Origin: Lama guanicoe
Lineage: Eukaryota
Direction of reading: 5' to 3'
Assembly (NCBI GenBank): GCA_013239625.1
Contig: MU053758.1
Coordinates: forward strand, 2,046,001-2,110,000
Length of the DNA stretch: 64,000 nt
Part shown: one piece after another, positions 24,570 to 39,924 of the stretch
How the letters are laid out: each line of letters opens with the position of its first letter
How positions within the stretch are numbered: position 1 is the first letter of the stretch
Program-made: the position numbers and the translations under genes
Notes under the pieces: generated by a model
The model's input: the letters and a program-made list of their open reading frames with translations, nothing else
Database searches by the model: none
Told to the model about the DNA's origin: nothing

Positions 24570-24798
24570 ACAATCACGTGAAAACTCTTGGAAATGGATT
24601 TCCCCCTCATCAATCATTGAGGTGACTGTAACCCTAGCAAACACCTTGAGGGCAGCCTGTGAAAGACTCTGAGCCAGAGAGGACCCAGCTAAGTCATGCT
24701 TTGCTTCCTGATTCACAGAAATCCTGAGATAATATGTTTGTTGTTTTAAGCCTCTAATCTTGGCATAATTTGTTACGTAGCAGTAGCTAACTAATACA
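24570..24798 (+). mobile_element. MaLR (MLT1) LTR 3' portion
   Basis: GACCCAGCTAAG...TGTTGTTTTAAGCC...GTTACGTAGCAGTAGCTAACTAATACA end. Confidence 0.7.
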
Positions 24799-25735
24799 AT
24801 CAGGGTGATAGTGAAACTCTTTAGCAACCAGCTCTGTATGGGCATTAACCAACCAGTCAGAGCAGATGCTGACTGGAGCAATGGGGCAGGGTCTGAGCCA
24901 TTCGCTAGAGCACTGGGAGTTCAGAGGGGGACAGTGAAAGGGTAAGTGAAGTGGTAGAAATTAATCTTATGGAAATAAAGATTACACAGGGACATAAAGG
25001 TACCTATTCACAAGAATATTCACTGCAGTATTATTTGCTGTAGTGAAAGATTAAAACAACTGAAAATTCTATTCCCCAGGGGACTCGTTGAATCAAGGTC
25101 TATCCGTGCAATGCGCTATTGAAAAGAATGAGATTTGTGCTGATGTAGAATGATGGGCAGGATATACTTTGTTCAGGAGCAGAACAGAGGGCATGATACA
25201 CCATCATCTGTGTTAAATATACATACATATACTTACCCAAAGGCTTGTAGCTCTAGAAATAACGTGGTAGCCCTGGCTGCCTCCAGGGAGGGGAATAGGT
25301 GGTGCCGGGGTGGGATGGCACAGGGATCAGGGACAGGAGAGAAACCTAATTTTCCTGTCTCCTGTGATGCCCCTTCTATCATCTGGGGAGGGGAGGCAAT
25401 TATGGTTGTGTTCTGGAAGGACTCATAAACCCTCATTTGGTATCTTTGGAGATTTTTTAAATGGAAGGTGTGCTGAGTGGAAGGGCCCTGGCTCCCCTAC
25501 CCCTCAGTCACTAGAGCAGTGCCTCCTACTGGAGATTTTATTGCAAAAAAGTGGTTCCTCTGCTTTAATGAAGAAAAGTTGGAACTTGCTCTGCCCCCTT
25601 TCTTCCCTCAGTTCCCACTCAGCTCTTCCGTCATCTGTCCACTCCCTGCCACCACCATCACCCCCACCAGCCTGGCTCAATCCGAGCTGAGTCCAACCCC
25701 ATCCAGGGATCTCCGCTGGATCCCTGGAGACTCAC

Positions 25736-25835
25736 CTGGCACGTCCAGGGATGGATTGAGAATCATGAAGGCGTCTGACAGTCCTGCTTTGACGGGGTGC
25801 TGGGATGAGCTGATTTCCAGGACGGACATAGGGAT
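25736..25835 (-). CDS. PLXDC1: PLXDC1 exon 7
   Basis: [42 protein letters not shown]; 100 nt. Confidence 0.95.
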
Positions 25836-26720
25836 CTGCAACGGGAGAAGAGGCTCCGTCTACCCCACTGCCCCGATAATCTTGGGCCAGCCTAAACTTC
25901 CCCTCTGAGCTCCAGACCCATCTGCCCACTTGGTGTTGCCTCTTGGAGAATTCAAAGACATCCCAGACTCCATAGGGCCCCATCCAAATTCCCAGTCTTC
26001 CCACACCATCTCCGAACACATTTCCTTTTTTCTTTTCTCCATCTCTGTGTGTGGCACCTTCATGTAGGCAAGAGGACTGGGAGTCACCCTCGCCCCTCCC
26101 CCAACCCCTTCCTTCATTTCCCTCCTTCTCCAACTAATACATCCCCAATCCTGTTAATTAGCCCGCTAGCTGGCTCCCAAATCCATCCAGTTCTCTCCAT
26201 CGCCCCCCCCCACCCCCCAAGCTGGCATCACCTCTCTCCTCCATCATCTCCCAGCATTCCCTCTGAGCCCCAACCCTCTGTCCTCCACTCTGAAGCCAGA
26301 GTGATTTTTAAAAGGCAAATCCAGTTGTTCCCCTGCCCCGTCTCACCCCCACTCTCCCTACTCCAGCCAGGCTGCCTTCTTTCAGGGCTTTGTCCAACCG
26401 TGCTCTGTCGTGCCACAGAGCCTCTGCATGTGCTTTTCTCGCTCCTGGAACACACCTCACTCTCCTCTTTGCTTCCTTAACTCTCACACATTCTGCAGAT
26501 TTCAGCTCTTTTCCTCGGGAGATCCTCCCCTGGCCCCCATTCAGGTAAAGAGCCCCATGAAAGGCTTTCCTGGCATTTCTGTTTAGGAGCACTTGTCACA
26601 ATGGCAATTATACATTTGTCCCCACAATTACAATGCATCCTCTCCCACCAGACTCTCTCCACCACAGGGGTAGGGCTGGCAAGCATCTTACTACCTGCTG
26701 TTCCCCAGCACCACATCCTA

Positions 26721-26948
<228 letters not shown>

Positions 26949-27345
26949 TCAGGCTGGGCAGAAAGGAACTGCAGGGAGCAGGGTCCTGCAGAAGTGGTGG
27001 CCAAGGTGAATGGGCCACAGGTGGGCTTATTTAGGGATGATGGGGCCAGTTTGCAAACTTGACAGGAGGCAGGAGCTGGGCAGCCCACAAACATCAGTCT
27101 GGCTTCCAAGCTGAAGAGGAACCAGAAGACCCTGCTTCAGCCTCCCCCCAGCCCAGGTGCTATGATTGATCATCTCCAGCCCCAGGCACACTGCTTCTTT
27201 CTGGCCTATCCTCACCCCTTGAGATGAAAAGGAGGAGAAATAGGAGAAACGTCTGTCCTCCTGGGGTAGGAGGTAGATGCTTAAGGGACAACTTGGTGAG
27301 AGTAACAAACAATAAAGGTCTCTAACATTTATTTCACCTCTACTA

Positions 27346-27807
<462 letters not shown>

Positions 27808-28281
27808 TCACATGGTGGACTCTGGGTCTGGCATGTATGGAGCAAAAGGGCCTCAGACCATAGAAGATTCTTCCTGCCCCTCCCACATCTCTCTGTCCCT
27901 TGGAAAGTGTACAGGAATCAAAGATGGGCTCCTCATATCAACAGAAAGCCTGGTTCCAAGATGCAGGTTCTCAGCACAGGCTCCTCTCTCCCACTCGCAT
28001 ACTCAGAAACACAGGGATCACAGGGACTGCTCACACTGGCCTGAGCTGACCCAGAGGGAGACACACACACACACACACAGACAAGCAAGTCAGTCGATGT
28101 AAAGGATGTGGTCTGAAACACTCACTTACTTCCCCACTGAGAGTGGGTCCCAAGAGAGTCAAATGTGGGACCCTCCCCAGTCCATCTATAGAACCCTGTG
28201 TCCAGGGAAACTCCCCACATAGGACCCAAGTTCTGCTTGAAATCCCCAAGCCCTCTCCCAGCCCCACGGACAAGGCCTTAC

Positions 28282-28351
28282 CTCCAGTTGCTATGGTGAT
28301 CTGCCGCAGAGGGTGTCCGTAGAAAGGGAAATCAAAGGACAAGACCACTCT
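28282..28351 (-). CDS. PLXDC1: PLXDC1 exon 4
   Basis: [32 protein letters not shown]; 70 nt. Confidence 0.95.
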
Positions 28352-28629
28352 CTGCAGGGGATGGGAGAGAGTCAGCATGGGCCAACCTGCAGGCCAGGGA
28401 GCTGGGTACCCACACTGCCCCATGCTTGTCTGGACAGGGGACCAAGCATGTCCAGGGCAGGCCCCCAGGACCATAGGTGGGCACCCCAACTCTGGTCAAG
28501 CATCTCAGGACACCCTGACCTTCCCAGACAACAGACCTCAGGCCACAGCCATGCCCACTGACCAGGTGGGGTGGGCTGGCCTCTAGCCCCTCAGCACAGG
28601 GCGGCACTCCCAGGGACTAGGACACTCAC

Positions 28630-28773
28630 CGAAGCCTGCCGGTGGGTGTTGGAGAGGATTCTGTGCACCTTCACTTGGCTCTGGTTGGCTTTGGCAACAT
28701 CCACCCACAGCTCCCAGCTGCGGGGCTCGCTGGGACCATACAGACGGGACACATAGTAGCTGTGGTTGTCTTC
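28630..28773 (-). CDS. PLXDC1: PLXDC1 exon 3
   Basis: [57 protein letters not shown]; 144 nt. Confidence 0.95.
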
Positions 28774-31559
28774 CTGTCATCAACCAAGACAGAGCCCACA
28801 GGAGGCATGAGGGATTGGGGTGCCAGGAACCAGCCTCTGCACCTCCCCAACCCAGACTTCTGGATACAAGAAGTATGGCCCTCCCAGGGTGCTGGACTGT
28901 GGCCCAGAGAGCTGGTTTAGGCCTGGGAGCCCCTTGGCTCCCCTTGGCCTCAGATAGCTCAGCACCTGGCTCCTCCCCATGTCCCCAACAGCTCTAGCCC
29001 CAGCTAAATCCACACGTGTTGTACCCATGCTTGGCCCTGCCATTCCCAGGCAGGCCAGGAGGCTTTTCCTACAGCCCCTGAGCCCTCCCAGAACACACCC
29101 AAGGCAGAGCTCAATCTGGTCATGAGGGAGAAACAGACAGGGCAGCCCCAGACAGAGCCCTTGTCTTCAGGGAGCTCCCAGACTGAGCGGGAGACATAGC
29201 CCCTTACCTGGGGAGTACCCAGTTTAGGGGAGAAAAAAAAACTGGATCTCAGAAGCCACCAGTCTAAAGATGGAGACAGATCCTTGATCTTCAGACATTG
29301 CTAGTCTGATGGAGGGGGTGGGACTTATGCAGATTGAATACACAGACACAGACTCTCAAGCAGACAGATAGGACAGGGTATACTAGTCACTAGAGGGTTA
29401 AGAAAGGGGAGAGAAGCAGCAATGATTGCTTTAAGACATATTTATAAATTCTACTATGTGTCATGTGGGGACAAAATAAAGAACAAGCCAGACCCAGCAG
29501 GCTGAGAGTTAATTCTGTAAAACCTCTCCTGCACACGAGTATTTAGGGCCAGGATTTACAGGAGGCTAGGAAATGGTCAGCAGGAAGAGTGGAAGAGCCA
29601 GGCGAGGAGGCACTGTCTTAGCACTTCAGCCCATCCCGGAGCGCCAGTGTAGGAGGAAAGGAGGCAGAGGGGCAGGTCCACTTGGCTGCTGCCGCAGGAA
29701 TGGGGCCGCTGACCTGTGCAGAGCCCCGGGCGTCGTGGGTCATTAATCAGCCTGTCCAGCGGCAGTGGCTGCAGACACAGCACAGCAGACCATGTTCTCC
29801 CTGCCAACCTGCCAGCTGTCCAACCAGCCTTTGCCCTGGGCTCAGCATGAGTAGGGCCAAGAGATGTCTGCTCTCTCCACCTGCTGGGAGGCAGATTCTG
29901 CTCTTTTGACAAGTAACACACTCTGGGGCCCTGGGGTCGGGGCAGGGCTGGAGGAAGATGAGCAGAAGGAACATTGAGGGCGGGAGCATTTCCCACTGCC
30001 ACTGCCTGGTTCCTCCCCTCCAGCCAATAGACTGCCCGCCCCTCTGCCCATCCTTAGCAGGGACAAACAAATCTAAACAAATCTAAAACACAGATGAGGC
30101 CACAGCCCTCTACTCACAAGCCATCTGGGGCTCCCACTGCCCTCAAGACAAAACTCAAACCTCAGCCTGACATATGAGGTCACACAGGAGGCAAGCCCCA
30201 CCTTCTCTCTCCTCCTGTCCTGAGCCTGTGCATCCTATGTACTCACTCACCAGCCTGGACTCCCCGACAGTCTCAGGCCACCAGTGGTCACACATGACTT
30301 TGCCCACTGACCCTTCTACCTGGGATGACCTTCTTGCTTCTCCCTGGGCAGATTCCTACTTCTTCAATGCCCAGCTTAAACAGCACCTTCTTAGTGGTCT
30401 TTTCCCTGACTTGCCCACTGAGGACCTCCACCATCCTGTACTCAGGGGTACAATTTGTGAGAGTCCCATGGGCCCCAGCTTGGTGGATTTCTGGTTTTAC
30501 TTATGAAGCCACCAGAAGGGGCCACCCTGTGCCACAGCCCTGGGGTACCCATGCCAAGGATGCTTCCTCCCATTGCTGCCTCAGTTGTCTAGCCTGGGGT
30601 CCCAGAAGATGCCCAGAGGAGGAAGCACTGCTCCCTAGTTTGCCCACGGGCACCGGAGCAGCTGGGCTCATGCCTGAGCTCACAGCCTCCCACGAGAAAG
30701 CAGCCCCTTCAGCTTCTGCTTCTCCCTCACTCCCCAGGAGACCAGGTGCCACGTCTTTTCCCCCTGGGTCTCCATCTCTCCTATCTCCACCCATCTCTGC
30801 TGGCGTTTCCACCAAAAGAAAAAAAAACCCAAATAACAACCCCAAAAAATCATGTCCCAAGAAACAATGCCCCTTGCACACCAACTCATGCAAAGAGATG
30901 TGCACAAAGGTGTCCAGGAGAGGAGTCTGATGGCTGCCTGCCTGCTTCCTGGGATTCACAGGATGAGTGGGTTTTATTTCACCTCAAAGCAAAAGCAACA
31001 GTGGGCCCCGACCAACACTGTGCACCTGACAGTCTGTGGGACCCCAAGCCCGAAGCCAGTTTAGGTTCAGTGGCGACCACTGGCCACAGCCACGGCGACA
31101 GCTCACCTTTTCTCCCCATTAGCTCCAAAAAAGAAGCGATTTATTAAAGGGTATCAGTTAGCCTAAACTTTTGCTCGAAGAAAGAATACCAAGCATAGAT
31201 ACAATTCAGCCCATCACTGAAATGTCTACTTCCCGCCCCCACCCAAACTCTGAGCCCTTGACACACAGGGATGGGCAAGGTCACCGCTGTATCCATGGTC
31301 CAAAGTCCCTGAATCCTTGCTGCTTGAGAAGTGTTTGTCGAGATGAGCCGGGGCCTGAGCAGGGAGCCCAGATCCTTCCTTTTTGCCATTTTACAAGGGA
31401 AGAAAGAGGGACCAGTGCCTGGTATGGTCAAAATTTTGGAAGTAAACCTGCTTCCTTAATTCCTGGGCTGTTCTTTTTATGATGTCTTTTTAGGGGAGGG
31501 GAACGTGAATGACTAGCAGAACCAAAGCAGCATCCAGGTGGCACTCTGGTCCTTTTGAT

Positions 31560-32035
31560 AGCACAGAAGGTTTAATTGTGTCCCACATAAAGCTATGTTC
31601 AAGTCCTGACCCCCCAAGTACCTATAAATGTGACCTTATATCGAAACAGAGTCTTTGCAGATGTATTCAAGTTAAAATGAAGTCATACTGGACTAGGATG
31701 GGCCCTAAATCCAATGACAGGTGTCCTTATAAAAGAAAAGAGAGGGAGATTTAGATATAGAGACACAGAAAGGACTCAGGAAAGAAGGCCGTGGGACAGC
31801 AGGGGCAGAGATTGGAGTGATGCAATTTACAAACCAAAAAAATACGAAGGATTGCCAGGGGCCACCAGAAACTAGGAATAGGCAGGGAAGGATTCTTTCC
31901 TAGCCTTCAAGGGCAGCGTGGCCTTGCTGACACCTTGATTCAGACGTCTGGCCTCCAAAACTGCGAGAGAATAAGTTTCTGCTGTTTTACACCACCAAGT
32001 TTGTGGTATTTTGTTATGGTAGCCCTGGGAGACAC
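31560..32035 (+). mobile_element. MaLR MLT1B/C-like LTR
   Basis: AATGTGACCTTA...GGGCCCTAAATCCAATGAC...GGCAGAGATTGGAGTGATGC...CTGGCCTCCAAAACTG...TTTGTTATGGTAGCCC. Confidence 0.8.
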
Positions 32036-33214
32036 ATGGACATAGCTATGTGCTGCTGTGGCTCAAGTGGGGCAACCCTGAGTTGTCTCCCCCTTCCATG
32101 TCACCTCTGGCTTAGAATATTCTGTGGCATCCCAGCTGCACTCAGAATGAAGGCCACACTCTTTACCATGATCTACAAGGCCCTGTGGAGCAAACTCTAG
32201 ACATTGCCTATCCAATATTCATTTGCTCCTCTTTTTTATTAATAGAACATTGATTTTGTAGCAGATAGCAATGTACCCAGCTAAAAAACCTCATTTCCTG
32301 GATGTCTTAAGGTTACCTTGTGACACAGGATGGCTAATGGAATAAACTGAAGGTTCTAGTGGAGCCTTTTGAAAAAGGTCAAATTTGACTGCTTGTCCCT
32401 CTTGTGTTTGCCCTTCTCCTTATTCCTACCTGGAATGCAGATGTGATGACTGGAGCTTCAACAGCCATCTTGTAAGCATAAGGACAAGAGCCATGCCCTT
32501 CGGATGGTGGAGTAAAAAGCTGGACAGAACCGGGTCCCTGGAGGGATGCTTGTTAAGTCCTCAGATTTAGACCTCTGTTATATGCAAACATGAATTCTTC
32601 CTGATGCATGATAGTCTTGCCCCCACCCACCACCTCTGCCTCTCCCCCTGCCCTCTGTGCTCTCAGCCCCTGAAATCACCAACTGCTTGTCTGCCTCAGG
32701 ACCCTGGTACTTTCTGTGCCTCAAAAACCTCTTTCTCATTCAGTTTAGAAGCTGACTCCTCCTAATCCCTCAGGTCTTAGCTCAGTGGTCACTTCTTCAA
32801 GAGAGCCTTCCCGATGCCCCCGTTATACCCTCATCACATCCTGGGCTTCTCCATCTCAATATGCTGCACCTTTGTGATGATTTACTTGACTTTTAGAATT
32901 GTTATTGCCACACCTGCCTTTCCTGTGAGATCATAAGTTCCCCACAGGTAAGGTCAGCCTTTACCTATAGTGTTTAAGCACAGAGTATGTGCTCAATAGG
33001 AGGATATGTTAATAAATGAATGACTTCAAAGCATAACTGTTCCTCATAGTTTGCAGAAGGCCTGTATATCATCATGCATTCTGGTGACCAGGATGGGATG
33101 GTGTTACCAAACAAAGCAGGATGGCAGGTAATGGGGAGCAGGCACTGTCAGGTACAGTGGGAGTCAATACAGCTCCTACCTAGGAACATGAGAAGCCTAT
33201 GTTTATTTATCTAA

Positions 33215-33347
33215 AAAAAATTTTTTGTGTGAGGGAGGTAATTAGGTTTATTTATTTATTTATTTATTTTAATGGAGGTACTGGGGATTGAACCCAGGAC
33301 CTTATGCATGCAAAGTGCCCCTCTACCCTGAGTTATACCCTCCCCCT
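33215..33347 (-). mobile_element. Vic-1-like SINE
   Basis: Reverse-complement head and tail; flanked by GA(A/G)GCCTATGTTTA TSD. Confidence 0.82.
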
Positions 33348-33763
33348 CAGAGGCCTATGTTTAAAGCCATTTCTTGGAGGCTTGGAAAAGGGTCCAATTT
33401 CCATCACCTGATTCCCAGGATTCGCTTGGTGAGTGCGTTCACCAAACCTCCAAGCGCTGGAAATGAGGTCCCTGGACAGAAGCCATGCTCTGCCGTTGTG
33501 AAGCCCAAACAGACGCTATGTCTCTTGCTGCCTCACCTAGAGGCGAAGAGTGGGGCGACTGGGGATGCGTCTCACCAGCCATTGTTCCAAGTCCTCTGTC
33601 CATGAAGGACAGCCCATCACCCCAGCCGAGGAGCCAGGCTGTGTGTTACAGGAAGGATCCTTGGACGGAATCGTCTCATTCTGGGAATTCCCACAGAGCC
33701 CTCCCATGGCACTTCTTCACTGACAGAAAGTCTTCATCTCTGCTGACCCAAGGAGAGTCAGAA

Positions 33764-34238
33764 ATTAAAGGAGCGAACAACAAGGTCTTACTGTAGAGCA
33801 CACGGAACTATATTCAATACCTTGTAATGGCCTATAATGAAAAAGAATATAAAAAGGAATAAATATATGTAAACATATAACTGAATCACTACGCCAGATA
33901 CCAGAAATTAACACAACATTGTAAATCGACTATACTTCAATAAAAAATTAATTCATTAAAAAAATAAAAAGGGATGTGATAACTGTTTAAAAAGAGAGAG
34001 AGACAGGGAAATATACACAAAATGTTATGATAAATCACAGAGAAAAAAATGTGACAATGAGTGTGTATATGTCCATGAATGACTGAAAAATTGTGCTGAA
34101 CACTGGAATTTGACACAACACTCTAAAATGATTATGAATCAATAAAAAATGTAAAAAAAATTAATAAAATTAATTGATATACTTGAAAAAATAAAAAATA
34201 AAAAAATAAAAAGGGAGAGAGAGAGAGATTAAAGGAGC
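33764..34238 (+). mobile_element. Composite of two L1 3' ends within one TSD
   Basis: Two successive L1 3' UTR/poly-A units; outer TSD ATTAAAGGAGC at 33764-33774 and 34228-34238. Confidence 0.7.
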
Positions 34239-36309
34239 TCCTGCCTCTAACCCCTAGGCAGAGATTCTCGCCAATGTGCCAGCAGGTCCCCCAGAGAGCA
34301 CGGGCCTCGGTCCCTGTGGATCCCCTGCTCAGGCCAAGTGGGTGAGGCTGAGGCTCTGCTCCAGGGCCTCAGAAGTGCTGAGTGCAGCTGGCCTGCCAGG
34401 AAAAGGGCTGCCTCATAGGGGCAGTGCCTGCAGAAGCTGCCACACATTTCTAACAAGCCCCAATAGAACACCTCTCCTGGCACGGGGTGACTCTGATTAT
34501 CCCCAGGCCAGTGAAACAGAGCTGTATCCATTCAGAGCCCTGGCCTAGGAGGCTCCATGGTGGTGACTGAGGCCAAACCACAGCCTAGAGATGAGGCGAC
34601 AACTTGGAGCTGGGGTCACTCCAAGGCAGAGCCAAGAACAAAGTCCTCAGAGGTTGGAGGGCGTGGTCCTTGGGAAAATGGGAGGAAAGAGAAGGGAAGC
34701 TAGCATTTGTAGAGCTGCGACAGCTGTGTGAGACAACCTTGGGAGGTGACTGCTAAAATTAGTCCCATTTTATAAGTGGGGAGACTGAGGCCCATGTAAG
34801 TCTCTGAAACTAGGTCAGTCTCGCTCCAAGGCAGCGACTTTCTCTGTCCACTGTTTCTCAGGTCTTTAAGTAACTGCCCCACTGGAAGGTAACTGGGGCT
34901 GCTTATTAGTCATTAGTTAAAATTTCTCCCATCGGAAGAACCAGAGTGGATCCTTTCTGGAGCACAGAGCTGTGGGGCTGTGCCCCGTTCATCTCCCAAC
35001 GCCTGCACCTACCAAGCCCAGGGCTGGCACTTGGAACAAGGTGGGTGTTAGGAACGTGCTTGCTGAATGAGTTCAACCACAAAGTACCCATAACGGATGG
35101 TGCCGGAGGCTGTGCTGAGAATGTACAGTGTGACTCCAACAAGGACAGCATCCTCCCCCATCACTGAGAGCAGGTGACACAAAAGCCACTTGTGAAGGAA
35201 GCAGCTGCCTCCTCTGGGAGCCCAAGTCCATGGAAAGCATTCCCATAGCTGGGACATCTTGCACACAGGACGGCATCTCCAACCCCTAGTCTTCTCTTCC
35301 CGAAAGGCTTGTACCATCAGCTTAGGAGGCCCCTCCAGTCTAAAGACCTGAATTGCTACAGTTGCTGCTTGAAGCACGTCAGTTGGGCTGTATCCCGTCT
35401 GGGGTGGGGCAGAGTAGGAGAAGTCTGAGATGCAGGAAAGGGGAAAGGATAAGAAAAACAGTTCTCTGTCAAAGGAGGAAGAAAGGAAGGAAGGTGGAAG
35501 GGCAGGAGGAAGGAGGAATCAGGAGGCATCTCCTGATTCCTTAAGCTCTTCTCTGAGGAAGTGAAGCTAACAAGGAAGTGCTTTCAGGCCAGGGAAGGGA
35601 AACCCTGGCTCTCCCTGCTCAGTCATGCAGGAAGAGGAAGTCTTCACATGACTGAGAGTCCAGCAGGGCAGCTAGGGTGGAACATGGAGACTCTGGTGAC
35701 ATCTGACATTGTCCTAAGTATGATTGCTGGTCCACAGAAAGGCGAAGGAAGCCAGCCCTCACATGCATCTGGCTTCAATAAATACATGCTGGAAAAGTTA
35801 AAAAAAAGACAGAACTGAGGAGGGCCTGAAAGACAGAGAAGCTAGCCCTGGTTCCCAACAGCTTTCCAGATCTCTATGAGGTTAGGCTGTCCTTTACCTG
35901 CAGCCCTTGGATCCCGTGACAGGTCTCTGCACCCTCACAATAAGCCTTTCCCCTGAGACAGCTTGAATGGCTCCTTGGAACCAAATAAGGCCCTAATGAG
36001 AACACTCTTGCTCACAGGGTGATGAGAGGAAGGCCCTTCAGGGATACCCCAGACAGTTTGTCACCAGCACAGACAGTGAGAATCTGAACGGGAAGAGAGA
36101 AGTGACAAGCCAAATTTCCGGGAGAATTTTCCCTGGCAATATATTGGCCGCCATGATTTTTTTTTCCTACAGAGTCAGTCACCAGTGGCTTCTTGATTGA
36201 CCACTGGGGAAAAGAGTCACTTGGCTTAGACTTCACCAATCTTTTGGGTACTTCCACTGCAGGTCCTTGATCATGCTGCCACTAGCACTGGCAGTTTTGA
36301 TGATGGAGG

Positions 36310-36770
36310 GCCACCCATGGCAGCGACTGATAACTGTCTCCCAGAAACCATTCTCCCCTTCCTCCTTTAGTAGCAGAACCTCCCAGCTTTAGTTAGGCAC
36401 ATGGCCACCCAGCAATGACTACATTTCCCAGCCCTCTTTAAGACTAGGTGTGGTTACCTAACTATGTCTGGCCGATGGAAGATGAGCAAAATGATTGCCC
36501 TCAGTAGGAATTGGCTCTCACCTTGTCCATTGGCTGGGATGCAGATGTAATGGTGGGCGCTGGAACAGCCATTTTGGACCACAACACAGAAGGCACATGC
36601 TGTGGAAGGAACTTGGGTCCCCAACACCACGGAGGCACTACATCAACTCCTGCTTATTTATGATCACACTATTACAAGTGAGAGAAGAATAAACCTCTTT
36701 CGTGTCCAAGTGCTTCGTCAGTTGGACATTTTTTTTAAAACAAGTGAATCTGTATCCTAATTAGTACAAG
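36310..36770 (+). mobile_element. Old MaLR (MLT1J/K-like) LTR
   Basis: ACTACATTTCCCAGCCCTC...CAGCCATTTTGGACCAC...GAGAGAAGAATAAACCTC. Confidence 0.55.
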
Positions 36771-39700
36771 GTCCCCTAAGTGGCCTCCTCAGGCCAGTCA
36801 ATCCAAAGTGCTCTTCACTGTACACCATATAGAGACGTCTCTTAAGAAGGATTTAGAGGTTGTGCCTGGGAGTGAACTTGCCTGACGAGCCCACCCAGTT
36901 CACTGCCCGTCACTGCATTTGACCTGCTGTCCTGCTACCCCAGAGGGAAGCCCTCCCCGCACTGTGGACTGGAGGAAAGACGACATGGTAGGGTGACCTG
37001 ACATTATAAAGGGTCAAGGAGCGTAGCATGAGCCAGACCATCTGGCAAGTCCACCAAAGGGAATTAGGTTTTCTTGAAATGCCTGCAAGAAGCCCCGGTC
37101 AATAATCCACATTCATTCTGGGAGGCAGCATGATGTGCATTTCAAACATTTTTGGCCATGAAATCCTTTCTTCCAATTAATCTTCCACGGAAGCTCGATA
37201 CATAAATCACATCAAAGGCCACTCTGGGGGAAGGAAAGAGAAGGGCCCAGAGCCCTGCCTGCTATGTTACTTCCTTCTCCACCACCCTCCATCCCACAGC
37301 GGCCCATTGAAGCACCTCTGGGAACCCTCAGGGTTCCATGGAGTGTGCAATTTGAAAACTACTGCTCTAGGATCAAGTCCAGGGGCTGTGGAGTTAGACA
37401 GACCCAAGTTCAAAAACTAGCTCCACTTCGTAATAGTTGGTGCCAAACATCCCTCCTATCTCTGAGCATCAGTTGCCCCATTGGTAACCTTTCTCACAGA
37501 GTTCTTGAAAGGCTTAGACAAAACATATCAACATAAAGCTCTTAGCCCAGCACTTGGTCCGCAGTAGGTGTTTGAAAAGTGAGAGCTATCTATGATGATT
37601 CTGTTGGACCCTTCCAGGAAAGGTCTTTGATTGTGGAGGCTGCCTCCTGAAAAACCACCTCCAGCTCCATTTTAAATGCCTGCTGTTACAGTGCCTCTTC
37701 TGCCTCAATTATCTATGCCCGGCACCCACCAGGCACTTCATTTCTGACAGTGGGGCAGCATTTACCTTGGCTGAGCTCAAGACCTTTCTAGACAGGAACT
37801 CTGGCTAAGCTGTCACCATTGGCCTGTCACCTGCCAGCCAACTGGCAGGTGGAAATGCCAGGGCAGGCAATCAAGGGCACCCTGCAGGGCCTGTTGGAGA
37901 GGCCTAGGCAGCCAGGCTGGTCAGGATGGCGCTCCAGGCAGCTGGGTCCAACCCAGGACATGCTGAGGGGATCCCATTCCCTGCCTTCACTGATCCTGGG
38001 GGCAGTACCAGACCAACAAGAATGTTTTCTAGATCCCTGCTACTCAAAGTCTGGTCCAGGGACCAAGAGCATCAGCATCAACTGGGAGCTCACTAGAAAT
38101 GCAGGATCCTGGGCTCAATCCCAAACCTGCTGGACCAAAATCCACATTTGAATAAGCTTCCCAGGGGATTATTTGGCACAGTAAAGTTTGAAAAGTGCTG
38201 ATCAAGAAGCACCCTCTGTCTGGACCAACCTGTTTTTGTCTCTGAGGACTCTGAGGGCAAAAAGACCTGGGTTCTTGTCCTGGCTCTGCCACTCACTAGC
38301 TGTGCAACCTTGAGTAAGCACTTTACCTCTCTGTTCTCAGACAGCATTAGAAACACTTACCTCCTAGGGTAGGTGAGTGGATGACATGTAAGGCCATAGA
38401 GTGAGGCCAGCACTAAGGGAGGGCTCCTTTAACGTGGCCAGTTGTTATAAGTTTCCCTTACCTCACGCATCCACACAATAACCTCCAGCTGCCCTCAGGA
38501 GGTATTTGAGCCTCAGGTTGAAAGAATTCACTCGTCATCACAGAAGTACAGAAAGCAGGTCTCCTGGGCTAACCCAGGAAGGAAGGGACCCAGGCCAGAC
38601 AAAACGGCACTTGTGTGGTGCTGAGGGTCTGGGGTAAAGAGGTGTCAGAGTGAGTAGAGGCTGATCTGAGAAGGTCCTGGGAGTGGGGGTTTGGACCAAG
38701 CTTGGAAAGAGGGTGTGGACAGGTTTTTCTAGACAAAGCATTTTTTTGTATCCCCCACACTTCATGGAAATGGAATAATCATCTCATTCTGACACTGATT
38801 CAATATGTGGGTTTTTGGAGGAGTATCAGCCAGCCAGAGATTTTGACAGCATCAATATATATCACATAACCAGAGAGAATTAGGACAAGGAACAACAGAA
38901 AGAAAAACAGACTCCCCCATCCCTCACTTGGCCCCATTCTGGTATATTTCCTTCTAGTCTTTTTCATATGGATATAATTTCACAGGTTATAATCCTGCTG
39001 ACCATCCAGCTGTGTGGACTGCTTCTGTCATGTTTCATGATACCTAAAGCAGTTTTTGATGTTGAACATGGTCTTTTAGCTGTCATTTGTCATGGCGTCA
39101 TGGCCATCCACTCAGAAGAAAATTCACAGTTTTCTTAACCACCTCCTTACTGTTAGCATTTGGGTAGCTTCCAACTTTTATGCTCTATTTTTAAAATACT
39201 ACTGTGATGAATGTATTGATACACTTTCCATATCTGGATTATTGCCCCTGCTTCAAAGCCTCTGCTACAAATTAGCACTTCTCAAACTTTAATGTGCGTA
39301 CCAATCACCTGGGAATTGATTCTGCAGGTCTAAGGGGTCTGAGATTCTGCATTTCTAACAAGCTCTCACCCATGTTGAGGAATCCTGAGGCTATGAAGCA
39401 TAGTCCCCTGAAACTTCAAAGCCAGGAAATCTTTTGTTGCTGGGATCCCATTTTTGTACTTCCAGCTAAGATCTGAGGCGAAAAGCACTACCTTTTTTCC
39501 CTAGACCTTTCTATTAAATTTTCAACCAATTAGCTCAGCCAAGTTTTATAACAATTCTATGAGGCATTCACAGTCCCACCTTTCAGATGAAGAAACTGAG
39601 GTTCAGAGTGATGATACAGCAAAGATACACACTATCTACCGCACTGGGACCAGAGTAAGATGACTGTCCCCAAGTGCCTGAGACTAAGGAGTTTCCCAGG

Positions 39701-39924
39701 ATGCTGGACATTCAGTGCCCAAATCAGGACCATCCTGGGAAAACCCAGATGACTGGTCACCTTGACCAGAGCTTAATTCAGAGTCAGCTAATGTTTATCA
39801 TTCCCAACCCTGTGTCAGCCTATTTACGTGGATTACTGTACACCACCTTTGCAATTACACTCAGGCCATAGCATCCCCATTTGACAATGAAGAAATGGGC
39901 TCAGAGGGGCTAAGAAACTTGTCC

